From Fimbriosthenelais zetlandica (taxonomy: Eukaryota), in assembly GCA_977030845.1 (NCBI GenBank), contig OZ365113.1, positions 21,266,001 to 21,330,000 on the forward strand: a stretch of 64,000 bases of DNA, read 5' to 3'. Numbering within the stretch: position 1 is the first letter of the stretch; each line of letters opens with the position of its first letter. Below the pieces are notes generated by a model. That model saw only the letters and a program-made list of their open reading frames with translations, did not search any database and was not told where the DNA came from. Shown here piece by piece: positions 25,001 to 38,300 of the stretch. The position numbers and the translations under genes were made by a program.

Positions 25001-28000
25001 TCTGAGCAGAGGGGGAGGTTGTACAGACATCTCCATTAAAACATTTCCCCTCGATGCCCTCATCTGGCTTCTGTAAAACTCCTGGGTGTCAGGCTGGTAA
25101 GAAGGTAAAAATCCGCGGCTGATTTATTAATCCTACGAGGCTCCAACAGCTCTCTACTCTCAAGGGGTTAAGCCATTTTGTGATAAAATAAAAAGATGTT
25201 TATTCAGGAGGAGGATACTGGGGTATATCTATAAGGGTCTCATATTATACGAGAACCAGAGCAGAGGTCATCCAATCATTCTTAACCGACTGAAAGGCTT
25301 CCACATCAAAGTCTGGCATTTGGCTTCATCTATTTCAAACAGCTCCCTGGAAGACTGAAACTAAAATCGAAGGATATTTCATTATTTCTCTATATCTCCA
25401 GATGCAGCAATCCAAAGGAATATTGGGAAAATTTCGGGTGGATCTAATCCAAAAAACATTGGGAAATATGGCTATAACAACCGACACAGTTTCATCCTAC
25501 CTCAACCATGCAAGGGATCAATAAAAGTGTTTGAATAAAGCTCCTGTCTTTGGTAATATCTATATGAGAAGGGTCAGGCAGATGCTGGAGTTGGGTCTCA
25601 ACAAGCTATAGGCATGACAATGCCCAGGGGTGTGGTATACGCACACACCAGCAATCAATGTGCACGGACAGGTAATGAAAGTAAATGCAATTAGATCACT
25701 GGGATCGGATAATGCTGGGGTTGGGCACTTGGGAGGAGACCTTAGCTGAGGGTTAAACAGTCACACGTCGATAAGTTATGGGGTGTACGGGGCGGTCGGG
25801 TGGCAATGTTCGTTTGTCACCAGCAGCGGCAGAGAAAAGGAGACTGGGTGCCCAGTGGTAATTAACATTTAACATTCAAGAAACATGTGCAGCACGCAAC
25901 TTCGCAATTTATTACTGACTGAACCTCAGTCCAGTGCAAATTGCATAGTGAGAAAGGTGCTTTTCATTACGCACAATGGGAATGATTATGCATATCTGAA
26001 GATGCAGATTGTCAAGCGGCAGCAAAACTGGATATCACACCCGCGAGAGTGTGATAGAAACTCTCCGCTGGGCAACATGGCAAGCAGCAGGCAATATTTG
26101 GATGTAGGGAAAGAAAGCAAGACAATGCATAAGCAATGAGTGTTGTCTGAGAAGGGGGTATAATTAAGGTATAGATTGAGAAGCTGGGAGGTGATTCAGG
26201 GGGAGAATGGCGGCTCTGTTCTTATAGAAGTAACAGTAAATGGCGGGATGGATTAATAATGCACAGTCCTCAAGCCGTACCCACCAGAGACACATGACAG
26301 GCCATGGAGGAGAAGGCCAAAGAAAATTAGATTTGCTTCCTCGACCACTTCAGAAAATCAGTGGTCTAATGAATTAATGAATTTGAGGAAATGAATATTC
26401 ATCTTTTACCATTGAAGAAACAACATTTAACTAGAATGGTCTCTCCATGGAAGTTAACAGGGGTTCCATCCTTTCGAGATTTTGAGATGTCCAGTGCGAA
26501 AAAGTGTCCCTGAAGACAGGCCAGGCTTGAAGAAAGGTTGTTCCCGAGAGGTAAAAACAGTGTAAATCCGAATATATCGAATCATATCTTGCACTACATA
26601 TGAAATCATAGATCTCTTTCTATATCTATGATGAAACTCAGGGGTCATTCTTGGGCTTGACAACTTTCTGCCGATTGTTGCCAGCTGAGAATTCCCATGA
26701 CCATATGCTACTCACAGCATAAGTCAACTTATCTATCCCCGAGATCACTTTAAATTTCAGATCTGGAGCACCTTGATAATGTTTATCAGCTCCCTTGGAT
26801 AAACCATATTTAATGGTTTGGAACTTTCCATCAAAGTAAGGTGCACCTCAGGTCAATATTGAAAATACTGTACCATGGCAATCATCAGCACCAGTTTCTG
26901 GTAGAGAAAGCACACTGAACCTCCCAAAAGATGAGTCAGCAGTTTCATTCCTGGAAGTCGGACTTCAAGGCAATAGAAATAAGTAAACAACGAGCTATAG
27001 CAATCAGCGTAAATCATACCAGGAATATCTATATTTCCTTTGTGGGTGTGATAAATGGCATGTGGGGCCTCTTGGCTTTCAGAGGAGGTTTTTTGTCCTT
27101 CACAAAGCTTATTGCACCATTTTGCATGGCCTAATTATGTTCTCTATGACCGCATTTTTGAGTAGATGTCAAATCATGATGAGGACTACGCAACAACTCA
27201 ATTTCAGAACAAACAGAGGAAGATTGTCGCCAGAAAAGTAATTATTCCTGATGGTTGACCTGAATAGGCAGATAAGGATTTTGATTTGCCTAGAAAAACA
27301 ACCAAGGTCAATAAGTAAAATTTCCAGCCTAAACTCAGACCAGGACAAAAGATGCAAACTGGTACATATGTGAGCAGCATTGAATATATATGATGTTTTA
27401 GCCACAGGTTATGAACTGAAGGTGAATGAAGAGTTCAGGGAGCAGTTCAAGTGATTTCATTTTGTTGGAGTCATCAGGCCTTATAAGCCATGCGTAGACA
27501 GGCCCTCGCCTGCCCTCAGGTCATAGGAATGGCCCGTGAAATTGCTGATATACATCCACTTTCATACTGGGCTCATACGCTGCGTGGAACCGAGAGGGAT
27601 AAAAAGATGTCCCGGGGCCATGCAGTCCCATCGCAATTTGCGGCTCTAACAAATGCCCTCAGGACATACGACCTTGGTCGGTGGCATCACTTCTAAAAGA
27701 GCAACACTCAGTGGCATATCAGTACTATTAATCTATCTCACAGTGAAGTCACAACCACCGCGTTATATGTATACACGTTAGATAGAGCGATTTCTTATCT
27801 AAAGACAGACTTTCCTAGAAGAAGTTGCCGAGAAAAATGTCAAGACTTATCGCTTGTTTAATGCTTGCGTTCTTTGCCAAGTATCAGTGTGACGGCATAA
27901 TCCTGCAATCAATCATTCTTAAGTACATTGTTTTATGGAGCCTTTTAGATGGAACAATGCTGGCGGAAGAACAAACATACCAGAGCAAGTAGAAAGATAC

Positions 28001-31000
28001 CCCGTGGAGAGTTCAATACTAAACGATCTACGATAACCAAAACATAAAGTGTATAGCATTCAATCAACCATTCAAGCATTAAAGGGAAAGATAATTGAAA
28101 TGGATTCCCCTCCTGACCTACATAATTGTGGGCAAAGCTAAAGATATGGCTCTCTGATCATTCTTGAAGCCAGACGGGAAGAAGAAAGCAGCTGAGGAAT
28201 AGAAGCCACCGCTGTCAGAAGCCACATATCAAAGCGCGACCACTGGTGTGCCATGAGCAGAACATAGACTCATGAGGACGGCATGAAGACGCCATATTGC
28301 AGCACCTTAGGGCGGTTAACTAAAAGCCCCTAGACTGATTCAGTATAATAAATATGGGAACAATATACCATAGGTGTTACTGCATAACCCATATAGACCT
28401 TCTCATATGCAATCAATCTATATACTGCAATCGGAAATGAGCTTAGGAAATAAGGTCTAAAAGCCTGGAAGGCTGGGGTTTCAGTTGGAGCAGAGATCCT
28501 CGCTAATGAGTCTTGGAACAGCACTGCAGATTGGATTGGACTATTCTACACACATCAAGATATGTAGCAAGTCTGGCAAAGATGAGACATGGTTCTCCAA
28601 CGAGATCAAAGAGAAGCCTCAGCAGTTCCTGTGTCTACACAGGTGTGTGGTTTTATTTCTATCAGTATAGCGGGAATTTGCATCGTCGCACATCAGATAA
28701 ATCTGATCCAAATCCAATATGTCCCTCCAGCTCTGAATTCATTCTAGATTAGATATAAAATCATCCAATATCCTCCGACTGAGATCAAACATGAGACTTT
28801 AGGTGCAAATGTTTTTCATGAAAATGTTATGGAAGTCTTCCGCCAACCTTAGCTGTGAAAAAATCAGGGGCTTTTGGTGCATCATTCGGCAGAGCTGAGA
28901 TAATGCAGTTCCCATGTTGTTCGCGCCAGTGCTCACACTCAATGGATGTGTCTCTTAAGTGAAGTATCCTCAAAAGCAACTTGGGCTCACTATATGGAAG
29001 CAGGCGATCCGTTTGGTCTCTTTTAAAGCTGACAAGCACCAAGAGGCTTCGGCGTGTATGCTGCCTCGTACATATATATGAATCATTGAGGTAAGAAGTT
29101 GGAAAAACATCTAGAGGAGAAGAGGAGAAGGTTGTTTGACTACATATTCCCTACAAGCAATATCTGCTAGAGTAAGGCAAAGCAAACAATGGCAATCGTC
29201 CAGATGCTTTCAGTTTACATTGCTTTTACAGATGATTTGCTATTATATATGCTAACTGATAAAAAATAATTCAGGTCAATATTGCAGATTCATTGGGACC
29301 AAAGTAAATGAGCCAGAAGCCAAAACCTAAGTCATCCTTGCTGAATGGTCTGAAGATTCTTTCAAAAGTGGCACCTAGCAAAAGCTTTCATTTTGCTCGG
29401 GCTTGAAGATGTCTCTTTTATGTTTGGGGCCACTGTGTAGGTGTTCTATAGCAAGGTACAAGCAGGAGTGACCCTTGCAATAAACAGCTTTTTATACCAC
29501 ACAGAGGAAACAGCTCAGGGGTCTACTGACCCAGACACCAGGGTGAAAGATGCCATTCTAAGCGCGTCTAATGACTCACAAAAGAGAGCTTATAACTGCC
29601 CGGGCACCAAAGCTGGGCCCTCAATCTCTTGAACATTTACTTTTAACTTTTTCTCACAGGAGAACAAAAGAACGACTACACACAGGCATACTTTGAATTG
29701 CCAGTGTTTACAGATTCACTGCAGTCTCTCAGAAAGACAAGAATATTGCAGCTTCTCGATGCCTTTGACCTCAGATTCGATTCCAACCTTTTCCAGAATG
29801 CCGAACGCTGTATATGGAAGCAATGTATGAGATAAATATAACCACACTGTACTTTTTATGCATACTAATTCCAGAGTGGCTGGAGGCCTATAGGTAACCA
29901 TGTATGGATGGAGTCCATTTGGTTAGAAGTAAGTACATCAAACGGGAGTACAGTAGAGAGTGGGTGTAGCTGCCCCGGGAGGAGGCTGTCCACTCGTGTC
30001 CTGCTTTATTGGTGGAAAGGTCAGGCTTTTAGGTGGAGGCCATTGCTCACGCCACCGACACGGCCGCTATAAACACACCTGAGACATTTTCTCCAGCCTA
30101 AAATATTCTTCCCGCCGGAGGTCTTATCTCGGATGTGTCGGCAGATATTGAGATTCAGTAGCGCTGGGTTAACTCAGGCCGCTTATACCCCGACTTAGAC
30201 GGTAGTATTCAGGAACACATACATCCTTATTCCAATGATGAAGACCTGGCAGGCTGATATTTAAGGCACGCAAGGCTGCTCCATGGGAAGCTCATGTTTC
30301 ACCTTAACCTCAAGTTTCTCCCCGAGAAGGAAAAAACCAGGCATCTATATCAATACAGCATCATCAGAACTAGAGATGATTCCTTATATATATATAGTCA
30401 TAGAGGAAACAGGAAGGCTAGAGCAAGGCAGTCCACCAAGTGAAATCAATAACTATATGAATCTATATCTATACAATCGATGGGATTGATACTATCCACA
30501 TCTAGTGATAGACCAATTGATAACAAGTCTGAAATAAACAAAAATGCCAATATTGCGAAAACAATGATGCAGCATCTATAGATTGATAATGGCATGCACT
30601 CTTTCCGAAATCCTTTGAACATGTAATAATGCTTGTGTTAATAATGGACCGTCCAGCTTTTACAAACTATTATATATGAAGCCAAGATTTGCATAATCTC
30701 GTGCCTGGATGAAAGGACTAAATCTGGTTATTGGCTATTGATTCAGCAGAGCATTGAAACCTTGATCAGGTGCACCAAGTCTATACACGATTTACCTGAC
30801 AGATGATTATAACAAAGACCCCCTCCCCATCTCTACTCCAGCTTTACCAATAATAGAGGTGGTGTTCACGCTGAGAAGCTCAGAGCAATTTAGTCCATAT
30901 CACGGTTTAAAATTTGTGATTTCAAACAAAATCAAATATCCCATTTTGTCAATCTACACGATTTCTTTGTTGTTGTTTTTTGAAAACACCAGCGCTGATT

Positions 31001-34000
31001 TTGGAGTGGAATATGTATGATGGCCATTGGCGAGCAAGTATTCCTGGAAAAACAGCACATTCATTTTTTTTTTACAGTGTATAAAATCTGCACCCACTTT
31101 GCATCTAAATTCTCTAGGTAGTTACATGACAAGAGTACAGACTTCCAATGGGAATCTATATAACGGCACTGAGATAGGGGTAGGCAACTGGTGCAAATAT
31201 TTCCCTGTTAGCTCCGAGACCTGATTGGGACTATACCATCTGAGCAAATAACCCCATGGGTGCTGAAATATTCACTAGATGTGGCTCCCATAGAGTAATG
31301 AAGGCCGAGGGATGAGCCAGTTAAAGTCTCATCAAATTGGAGTGTACAAATGGGTATTACTTCGGCGCTGGATACACCAAGTCTCTATATGCACACTCTC
31401 TTTTCTAACGCTTATAAATTGTTGAATGGCAAATTCTTCACGGGGAATTACAGGTACGATCCTATAGCAATGATCTTGACACCAGTAATGTAGATGGAGA
31501 CGAGGCGTGCAGAGAACAAGTGATCACAAATGGAGACTCTAGTATCAGTTTACTATGGTCACCAAGTATAGGCCTACAGCAGTGCACAGCAAGGATTGCT
31601 GTAAATCAAAGGGTGGGGAGAAGGTCGAGGAAAAGGGTGAAGCTGGGGGGATATGGGAGGGGCAGGGATGGGAGAGGTATGGGTAGAAACATGTAGGAAG
31701 ATAGGGGAAAGGCTAGGGGGATGGAAAAGGTTAATCAGGAAGAATTCAGGTGCACATCAGACAGGCACAATAAAGAAGATGATTTTAATTTTCTCCCATG
31801 GCCCCTGATTTTGATTAATATTTCATTTCCCTTTTACTGGTCCCATATGGAGCCATCAAAGGCATTAAACGTGTCGACACTTTTTGAGTAAGGAAATAGA
31901 AAGAGAAAGAAAGATCCTTGTGTTTCGACTAATGCATCTTGAAATGACATCAAAAACAATTCATTTCAGTCCTGACATGAAACAAAATGAAATTAAAAGA
32001 CCAGTGCTCATTTTATTTCTCTTGTTTGTATCTGAAAGACCTCTTTCTGCACCATGTGTTTCTGTCATTCGCAATTTACCAATGAAAGAACTTGATTGTG
32101 AATTGGATGTGGAATTGGGCAGAACAGGGCAGACATGTCTATGAGAGATGATGTAAAACTGGAGGTATAGATGTATTAGGTAATGTGGGATTGAGGAAAT
32201 TACCATGTCTGGCTTGATCATACAGGCAGAGAGGGAGACGTGACAAATCTCATCATCTGATGAACACCGAGTCAATGGTGAAGCAATGGATGCAAACACA
32301 GGAACCAATGACCACAGACAGCAGTAATAAATCACCTATTTCACATGCACTATATTCCATTCAACTAGACAACAATTATCTGAAGTTACTCATTGAATAA
32401 ACAGATCTAACAAACAGGTTTTAGTTATTAGATCTTCCCGATCATTGTCCAAGATGAATACAATGACCAAATAGAAAGAGGTCAATAATCTCCACCACCA
32501 TGAAAAAGACCACTGAGTATCATTGAAGATCACTGAAGATGAATGGACAATTTCATGGGAGCTTGACTCCTTACAAATAGCAAAGAATCGTCCCATTATA
32601 TTGGAGAGTGCAACTTTTAGCTTCCTCCTAATTTGTTCTATATATTAGTTACCATGAAGGAAAATTGTCCGGGGAGCCATTGTAGTATTTTTTGTCATCC
32701 GAGGCAGAATGAAACGTGAGGTAAAAGATTTTGAAGTCGGGAACAAGAGCTTGTGTGTTCTGAAGGAGTAGATAAGGATGGCACATAAATAGTGAGAGGC
32801 TCAGGAAATGAACAGCCAAGAGGCAGCTGGAGAGCAGGAGGCAGGTCTTTCCAACTGACTGGCAGGATCCTCAGGGCTTGATGTAGTGGTAATGAGCCTC
32901 ACACATTTCCTTGGTTTATTTTAGTCCTTTTAAACACAATACTTGAATGTGAGGAAAGGGATACATTATCCAGGCAAATCCTATGCTTTAAATAATGTTT
33001 CTGATGTGTAAATTACACACAGCAAGATTCGGCAGCCTATTATTTTTAATCATAACTGCTGTAGTTTCATCAAATAAGCATCGAGGTTCAGGGTTCCCAG
33101 CAGTTCATGAAAACAGAATTTCCCCGAGTTTTACTTGAGTATGCCTCTAAATTCTAGGAGATATTTTAGTCATATGAAGCGCTCTGAACTTCATTGGGAT
33201 TGTACGCGTCAATCTCTGAAAGATTATCCTTCTGAGTCAGTATTTAAATAACCTGAGTTTTCCCTTATTTTTCTCAAATTCCCTGTCTGGAAAATGTAAA
33301 ACTCATTTTCCAGGTTTTTCTTACAGAGTCCCTGGGAACCATTTATTGAAACTCCGCATGGATTTTGACAGTATTGCAACAAAAGCTGAATAATTGGGCT
33401 GTAGGTTTTGGGCATTGCTGTGCAGAAGGTTATATGTATGTAGAGGGATATCCAGGGCTGTAAGTGACCGCTGGAGTATTATGATAAGCATGTATATTTC
33501 ACCAGGTCGTGGCCAGCGGTGACAGTTCAGCTGTCATTGCCTCGTCCCTGGGGCGCCCTCTCTGGAATATCTTTCCTCTGCCTGTACTACAGGTCAATCC
33601 CAAGTTACAGCTCCCTTCAGTCAGACAATATACAACACCCCCGTGGCTTCATTTCACATCTATATCTTTACAACAAATCTTATCAGTTCAATAAAGTTCA
33701 ACAAAGATTACGACCCTCCATCAACTATCAGGGCTTACCAAGCACGTTGAAAAAAGTAACCCCAAGAGAGTTGAGTTTGATATATTAGGTCCATTGAAAT
33801 GACAGGCGATCCGATGGAAGTACAGCTAAGAAAGTTTGTGTATCATGAAATTACTCGTATCGTATTTGTAAAGGTTTTGTTCCAGTGTTGAGATAAAACA
33901 TGGGAAGTAGTGCAGACTCATTGTCGTCGGCAGGTTAATGTAGGGGACTCTTCACATGTTGAAGAAGCAGCGCGTGGGAGTCGCTACCTCACTGAGCAGC

Positions 34001-35245
34001 TCTCTACATGTCTCTTGCATGATAAGCCATAACTGCCGTCTGAAAACCTTCTCACGCCTTTACACAATATCCATAAGACAGACGCCGAAAACTAGACATT
34101 CACATAAGGCACAATGCCAATGAGAAACAACAATCATGGACGTTAACAGATTGCCAAGATGGATGCATTCATGTCGGTTCACAGAGCTACTATTCCCATT
34201 GGGGAATTGTCCCCATATGTTGGATTTAAGTGGGAAGCAACCCATAGAAATGACATTATGTGATTTACTATTTATAGTCTAGAGAACAGGTAGACATAGG
34301 GAATCATGCTTTATTGGATTTATTGTTTCGGGGGCGAAGGCCGAGAATCCCTAAATCCGATATAGAGCATGAACTAAAATCGCATGTCACAAACAACAAT
34401 CATAATGGGATCTTGATTTGTAGATTGAAATGTATCGTATCTGCGTATAACAAAGGGAATAGCAGAATAAAATGTAAGTATTTTTGAGATACAAGTCAAA
34501 CCCTTAGAAAATTGGGGTATCAGAAATACATCACGATATGTAGGATCTATTTAATCAATTCAGCTTATAGTGAAGAACTGATCAAACACAGTGGGTATCT
34601 GTGATATGAGCACGGTGTGTGTTTTGATTGAGAGACGCACAGCGGGGATTTAATGAATCAATTCAACAACCGTCCCTCCTTCACCGATTGTATTTCATAT
34701 TGCCTCGAAAAGAACAAGCCGTTGCCATGCCAACATCAACTACATTGGTGACGAGTCTTTTTTTGAGGCTACAAAGGCAAGTCTCTTGCTTGAAAGTGAT
34801 ATTTTCTATGCATGGGACGTGTGATCGCGTCCGGCAACGATTCTTTATGCAAAGGGAGTATGAGCTGGGATTTGCCCTGGACATAGGCAAACTTTCCATA
34901 TACTATCTAGCCTACTAAGTCGCTCGAGGGAAAACTTGAATATTATCCCGATGAATATTATCATTTGTTGGTTAATTTGTAGCTAGTGACTAACCAATCC
35001 ATTGATTTCTTCAGATATATGCCTATTTAAAAGAAAATATAAATTCTGCTGCTTACCACAGGAATGCCAATGACCTCAATATTCTATGCATCCCAAAGAT
35101 GTACAGATCAACTAGTGGACATGTCCCAAGGACAACTACCTTGACCAGGGTCATAAAATAGCCCAGCGGGAACCTGGTTCACCTGTCCACCCCACCAGTG
35201 ACCTCATGACCACCGGAACTCAACCTACTGCCGGTCTGTCAGCTT

Positions 35246-35398
35246 GTAGCCATGGTTACAGGGAGCGGATGTGACGTCAGAACATGTCCACAGTTAATGA
35301 CAACATGAGAGTCTTCAAACCAATGTTTGGTATGTTCACCTGTTTGTTCAGCATGTGAGAGCTAGCCAATGACAAATATAGCAACTTGAGGTGGGCGG
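35246..35398. promoter_or_regulatory. Promoter/enhancer-like motif cluster: RFX X-box, full CRE, two CCAAT, GC box
   Basis: GTAGCCATGGTTAC (35246-35259, near-palindromic X-box), TGACGTCA (35272-35279), CCAAT (35320-35324, 35366-35370), GGGCGG (35393-35398), all within about 150 bp. Function not demonstrated. Confidence 0.45.
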
Positions 35399-38300
35399 GC
35401 GAGATGTTTCGCAAAAGGTTAATAATATCTGTTTTGATAATGAACTTATTGCATGGGATTCATTATGTAAAAACGGTCCAAGTAAAATAGCTCAGTTTTG
35501 TCAAAGTATGTGGATAACTTCTCACAAAATTGGCATCAATTGCATTCTTAAGTAGTATATATCATGAATTTTTAAAGGTTTATGGAAGCCCATTCCATCC
35601 CTCTAAATCCAAAGATATTTTCATACAACAAGGTTCAGGGGAAATTTAACATACACTAATTTGCCTTCGATAAATATAACAAGGTGCTAGTAATAAGGAT
35701 ACTATTAGTCTGATTATCTTTCTAAAGGAAGGATAGCACTAATGAGTGATAGCCACTTAGTCCGTCTATCGAGCAGGATGGTTCGTACCGGTTCAAGCCA
35801 AGGCCACTTCTCATCCCACATCTGGAATCTACTGATGTTTCCTAACAGTCCAAAATTGCATCAGAGACGGCTTCAGTTTTTGAGCATGCGAGCCAGGAAT
35901 AAACAAGGAGTGAGTCCCTTGATTTACCTGCCGACAAAGTGAGGGTTGTTCTTGTAATGTCAACCCGAGCCATATTAATAGCCCAAACATGTTGTTATAA
36001 GCCTAATATGGACCTACATGTATATTGAAATATCAATGAGCAGCAAGGGATATATATGAAAGGCTTGCCAATAAAGTCGTTCATGTGGAGGATGGCGTAT
36101 TAAATTAATGAGCAACATCTTTCTTATGAACATATAATGTCTTTTCCATTCCATCTGAGACTAATCACATTTTGATTATTGCAATATAAGTACCATCAGA
36201 TTACAGAAAACACGTAAGGGCTGAAAAAAGGTTCAACAGACTAAAAAAACATGCCTACAAATTACATCTGTGTGTGGCAAGAGCTACTAGAGGCATGGTT
36301 CGTCCACAGATTGTCTCCTATATAATAGGCCTATACCTATATTTGGCTTATCGCTCAGCAAACATTTTTGCTCCACAATATGTTGTGACCAGGCTAATGA
36401 ATCATTGTTGGTCACAAATTAACCATACATGTGAGGCGGTGGCCATTTACGCCATGTTTACCACAGGCCTGGATGTCGCAATCTGATCATCAATTTAATA
36501 ATAAAGATGCATATTATTACCATCCATATGAGTTAGTTTTATTAAATCATGATACACCTTCCAATTGTAAATCCATATATTCATTGCAATTCATATATGT
36601 ATAGGTATGAATGCACGGGAAGATGTATTGCACGCAATGGCTGAATAAAACCTGTATGGGAGCCTTATGGCCCAACCTTCCCAGGGGCCAAAGGGGATAG
36701 AAATGCCACACACAGGCAGTCATTACCATATGAGTACATCGATAATATGGATCGGTGGATTATGAGAATGGTCAACGGGAGAAACCCTGGGATCATCTTC
36801 ACCATTTACACTAGTCCCAGCACCATGGAAGCCACCCTGGAAGCCACTCTGATAAATGCGTCAGTAGGGAACCACTAAGGATTCTCTGATGCAAGTCTTA
36901 ACCGATATCTTTTAACAGACTGCGTATATTATTCACAGAAAATAAATCTGAAGAGACAATCTGGGTTTGTAGTTGGCCCTCGGAAGAGATTTCGGTTGAA
37001 TTTGCATTAAAGCAGAAACGTATTTTCATTGGCCTGGCCTGCAGCTATGGGTCGGGGGTGGGGGTTAGATCTCTGGCAGGGCCATGCCATGTCAGACTTG
37101 CAATCCGGCCATTGCTGGAAGGCAAGCTAAATGCATACACAGTGTATGAGTTATCGTCAGCCCATTCACTTAGCTTTAATATTTAAACCTAATAGCCACG
37201 CCCTCCGCCTATACAGAAGCACGGAGATAATCAGCCTAAGGCCAACATTTAGACCCAATTGGAAAATTGTCGCGCTGGGATTTGTAGATGGAAATGTCAC
37301 ATAGATTATTAAAGGTATGTAATTTAGCGTCATATGCCCTGCAGAAATGTCCTCTATGCCCTTTAAGGGAGAAGGTGGAGGCGATGGGGAGTTAGTGCAA
37401 GATCAGTTGGGTGGGTTGGTTGGGCGTTCATTGAGAGATAAAGACATGAAATCATTTTTTCTTATCCTGTAACAAGTTCCAGGCCGATGGATACAGTATT
37501 AAAGTTCTGTTTCTCAGCAGTTAAACCATTAACAATGCAATGGACAGTATAGTCCGAACAAGTTGGTCTTGAGATAACGCATACTTTAACCCTTCTAGGT
37601 CTACAGAAATCTTGCTATGCTGAACGCCTGTTCAAAAATATCACCAATGTTCAGCATTTCTTATTTCAAAATACCAGGTATGTTTCGGGGTGAAAAATCT
37701 GCCTTTACCCCTTTGACTGCATCACTTTGCCATTTCTAGGCCTCTTAGAAGGTTTCGGCCCATGGACTAGTATGCAATATGGTAAGGCCATCAATGGAAC
37801 GTTACTAGAAACTGGGATATTTCTGGCCTCACCTGGAGCCAGGCACATAAGGCCAGAAGCAAATCAAAGGCGGCAAGTGTTCCCATGAGAGATGGCTGCA
37901 ACCTGTAGCATGTGATGTACTGAATCTCATCCTACACCAGCAGCAAAAACTTGTAAATTGGCGAGGGAATAATGAATGAACGGATGCAGGGATGGAGCGA
38001 GGAGGAGCAATAGTACTACGAAGAGGAACAGCAGTCGTGGAACTGGGAAAGAGGGAAATGGAAGAAGAGGCTGGGGAGCCGATGAATAAGTCACAAGACG
38101 AGCAGGGGCGGTGCTCAGCATGGGTCAGGAGCAGTAGGTGGAAGGAAGAGTGGAATCTGAGTATCTCTGGGGCGTGACATTGACAAGAGGCAACCAGGCA
38201 GAGAGCAGAAAACAAGGGTAGAGTAGATGAAAGGGTGGCGGGAAGCAATGCTTTATTCTATAGTTTCAATGGGAAAGGCAGGTCATGATTTCTGCCTTGG

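Noticed and set aside
27176-27251. Box C (ATGATGA) and box D (CTGA) about 75 nt apart, snoRNA-like
   Set aside because: Poor terminal stem and no recognisable rRNA-complementary guide; such pairs are frequent by chance.
32257-32285. CTGATGA followed by a small stem, hammerhead-like
   Set aside because: Lacks the GAAA core and stems I/III.
32390-32596. NCPF reading near 32545 on the minus strand as a possible HRM3
   Set aside because: An in-frame stop lies immediately upstream with no acceptor between, and another stop follows a few codons later.
36781-36860. HGAG on the minus strand, resembling ALAS HGAGAGGTRN
   Set aside because: Continues as TSVNGEDD, not AGGTRNISG.
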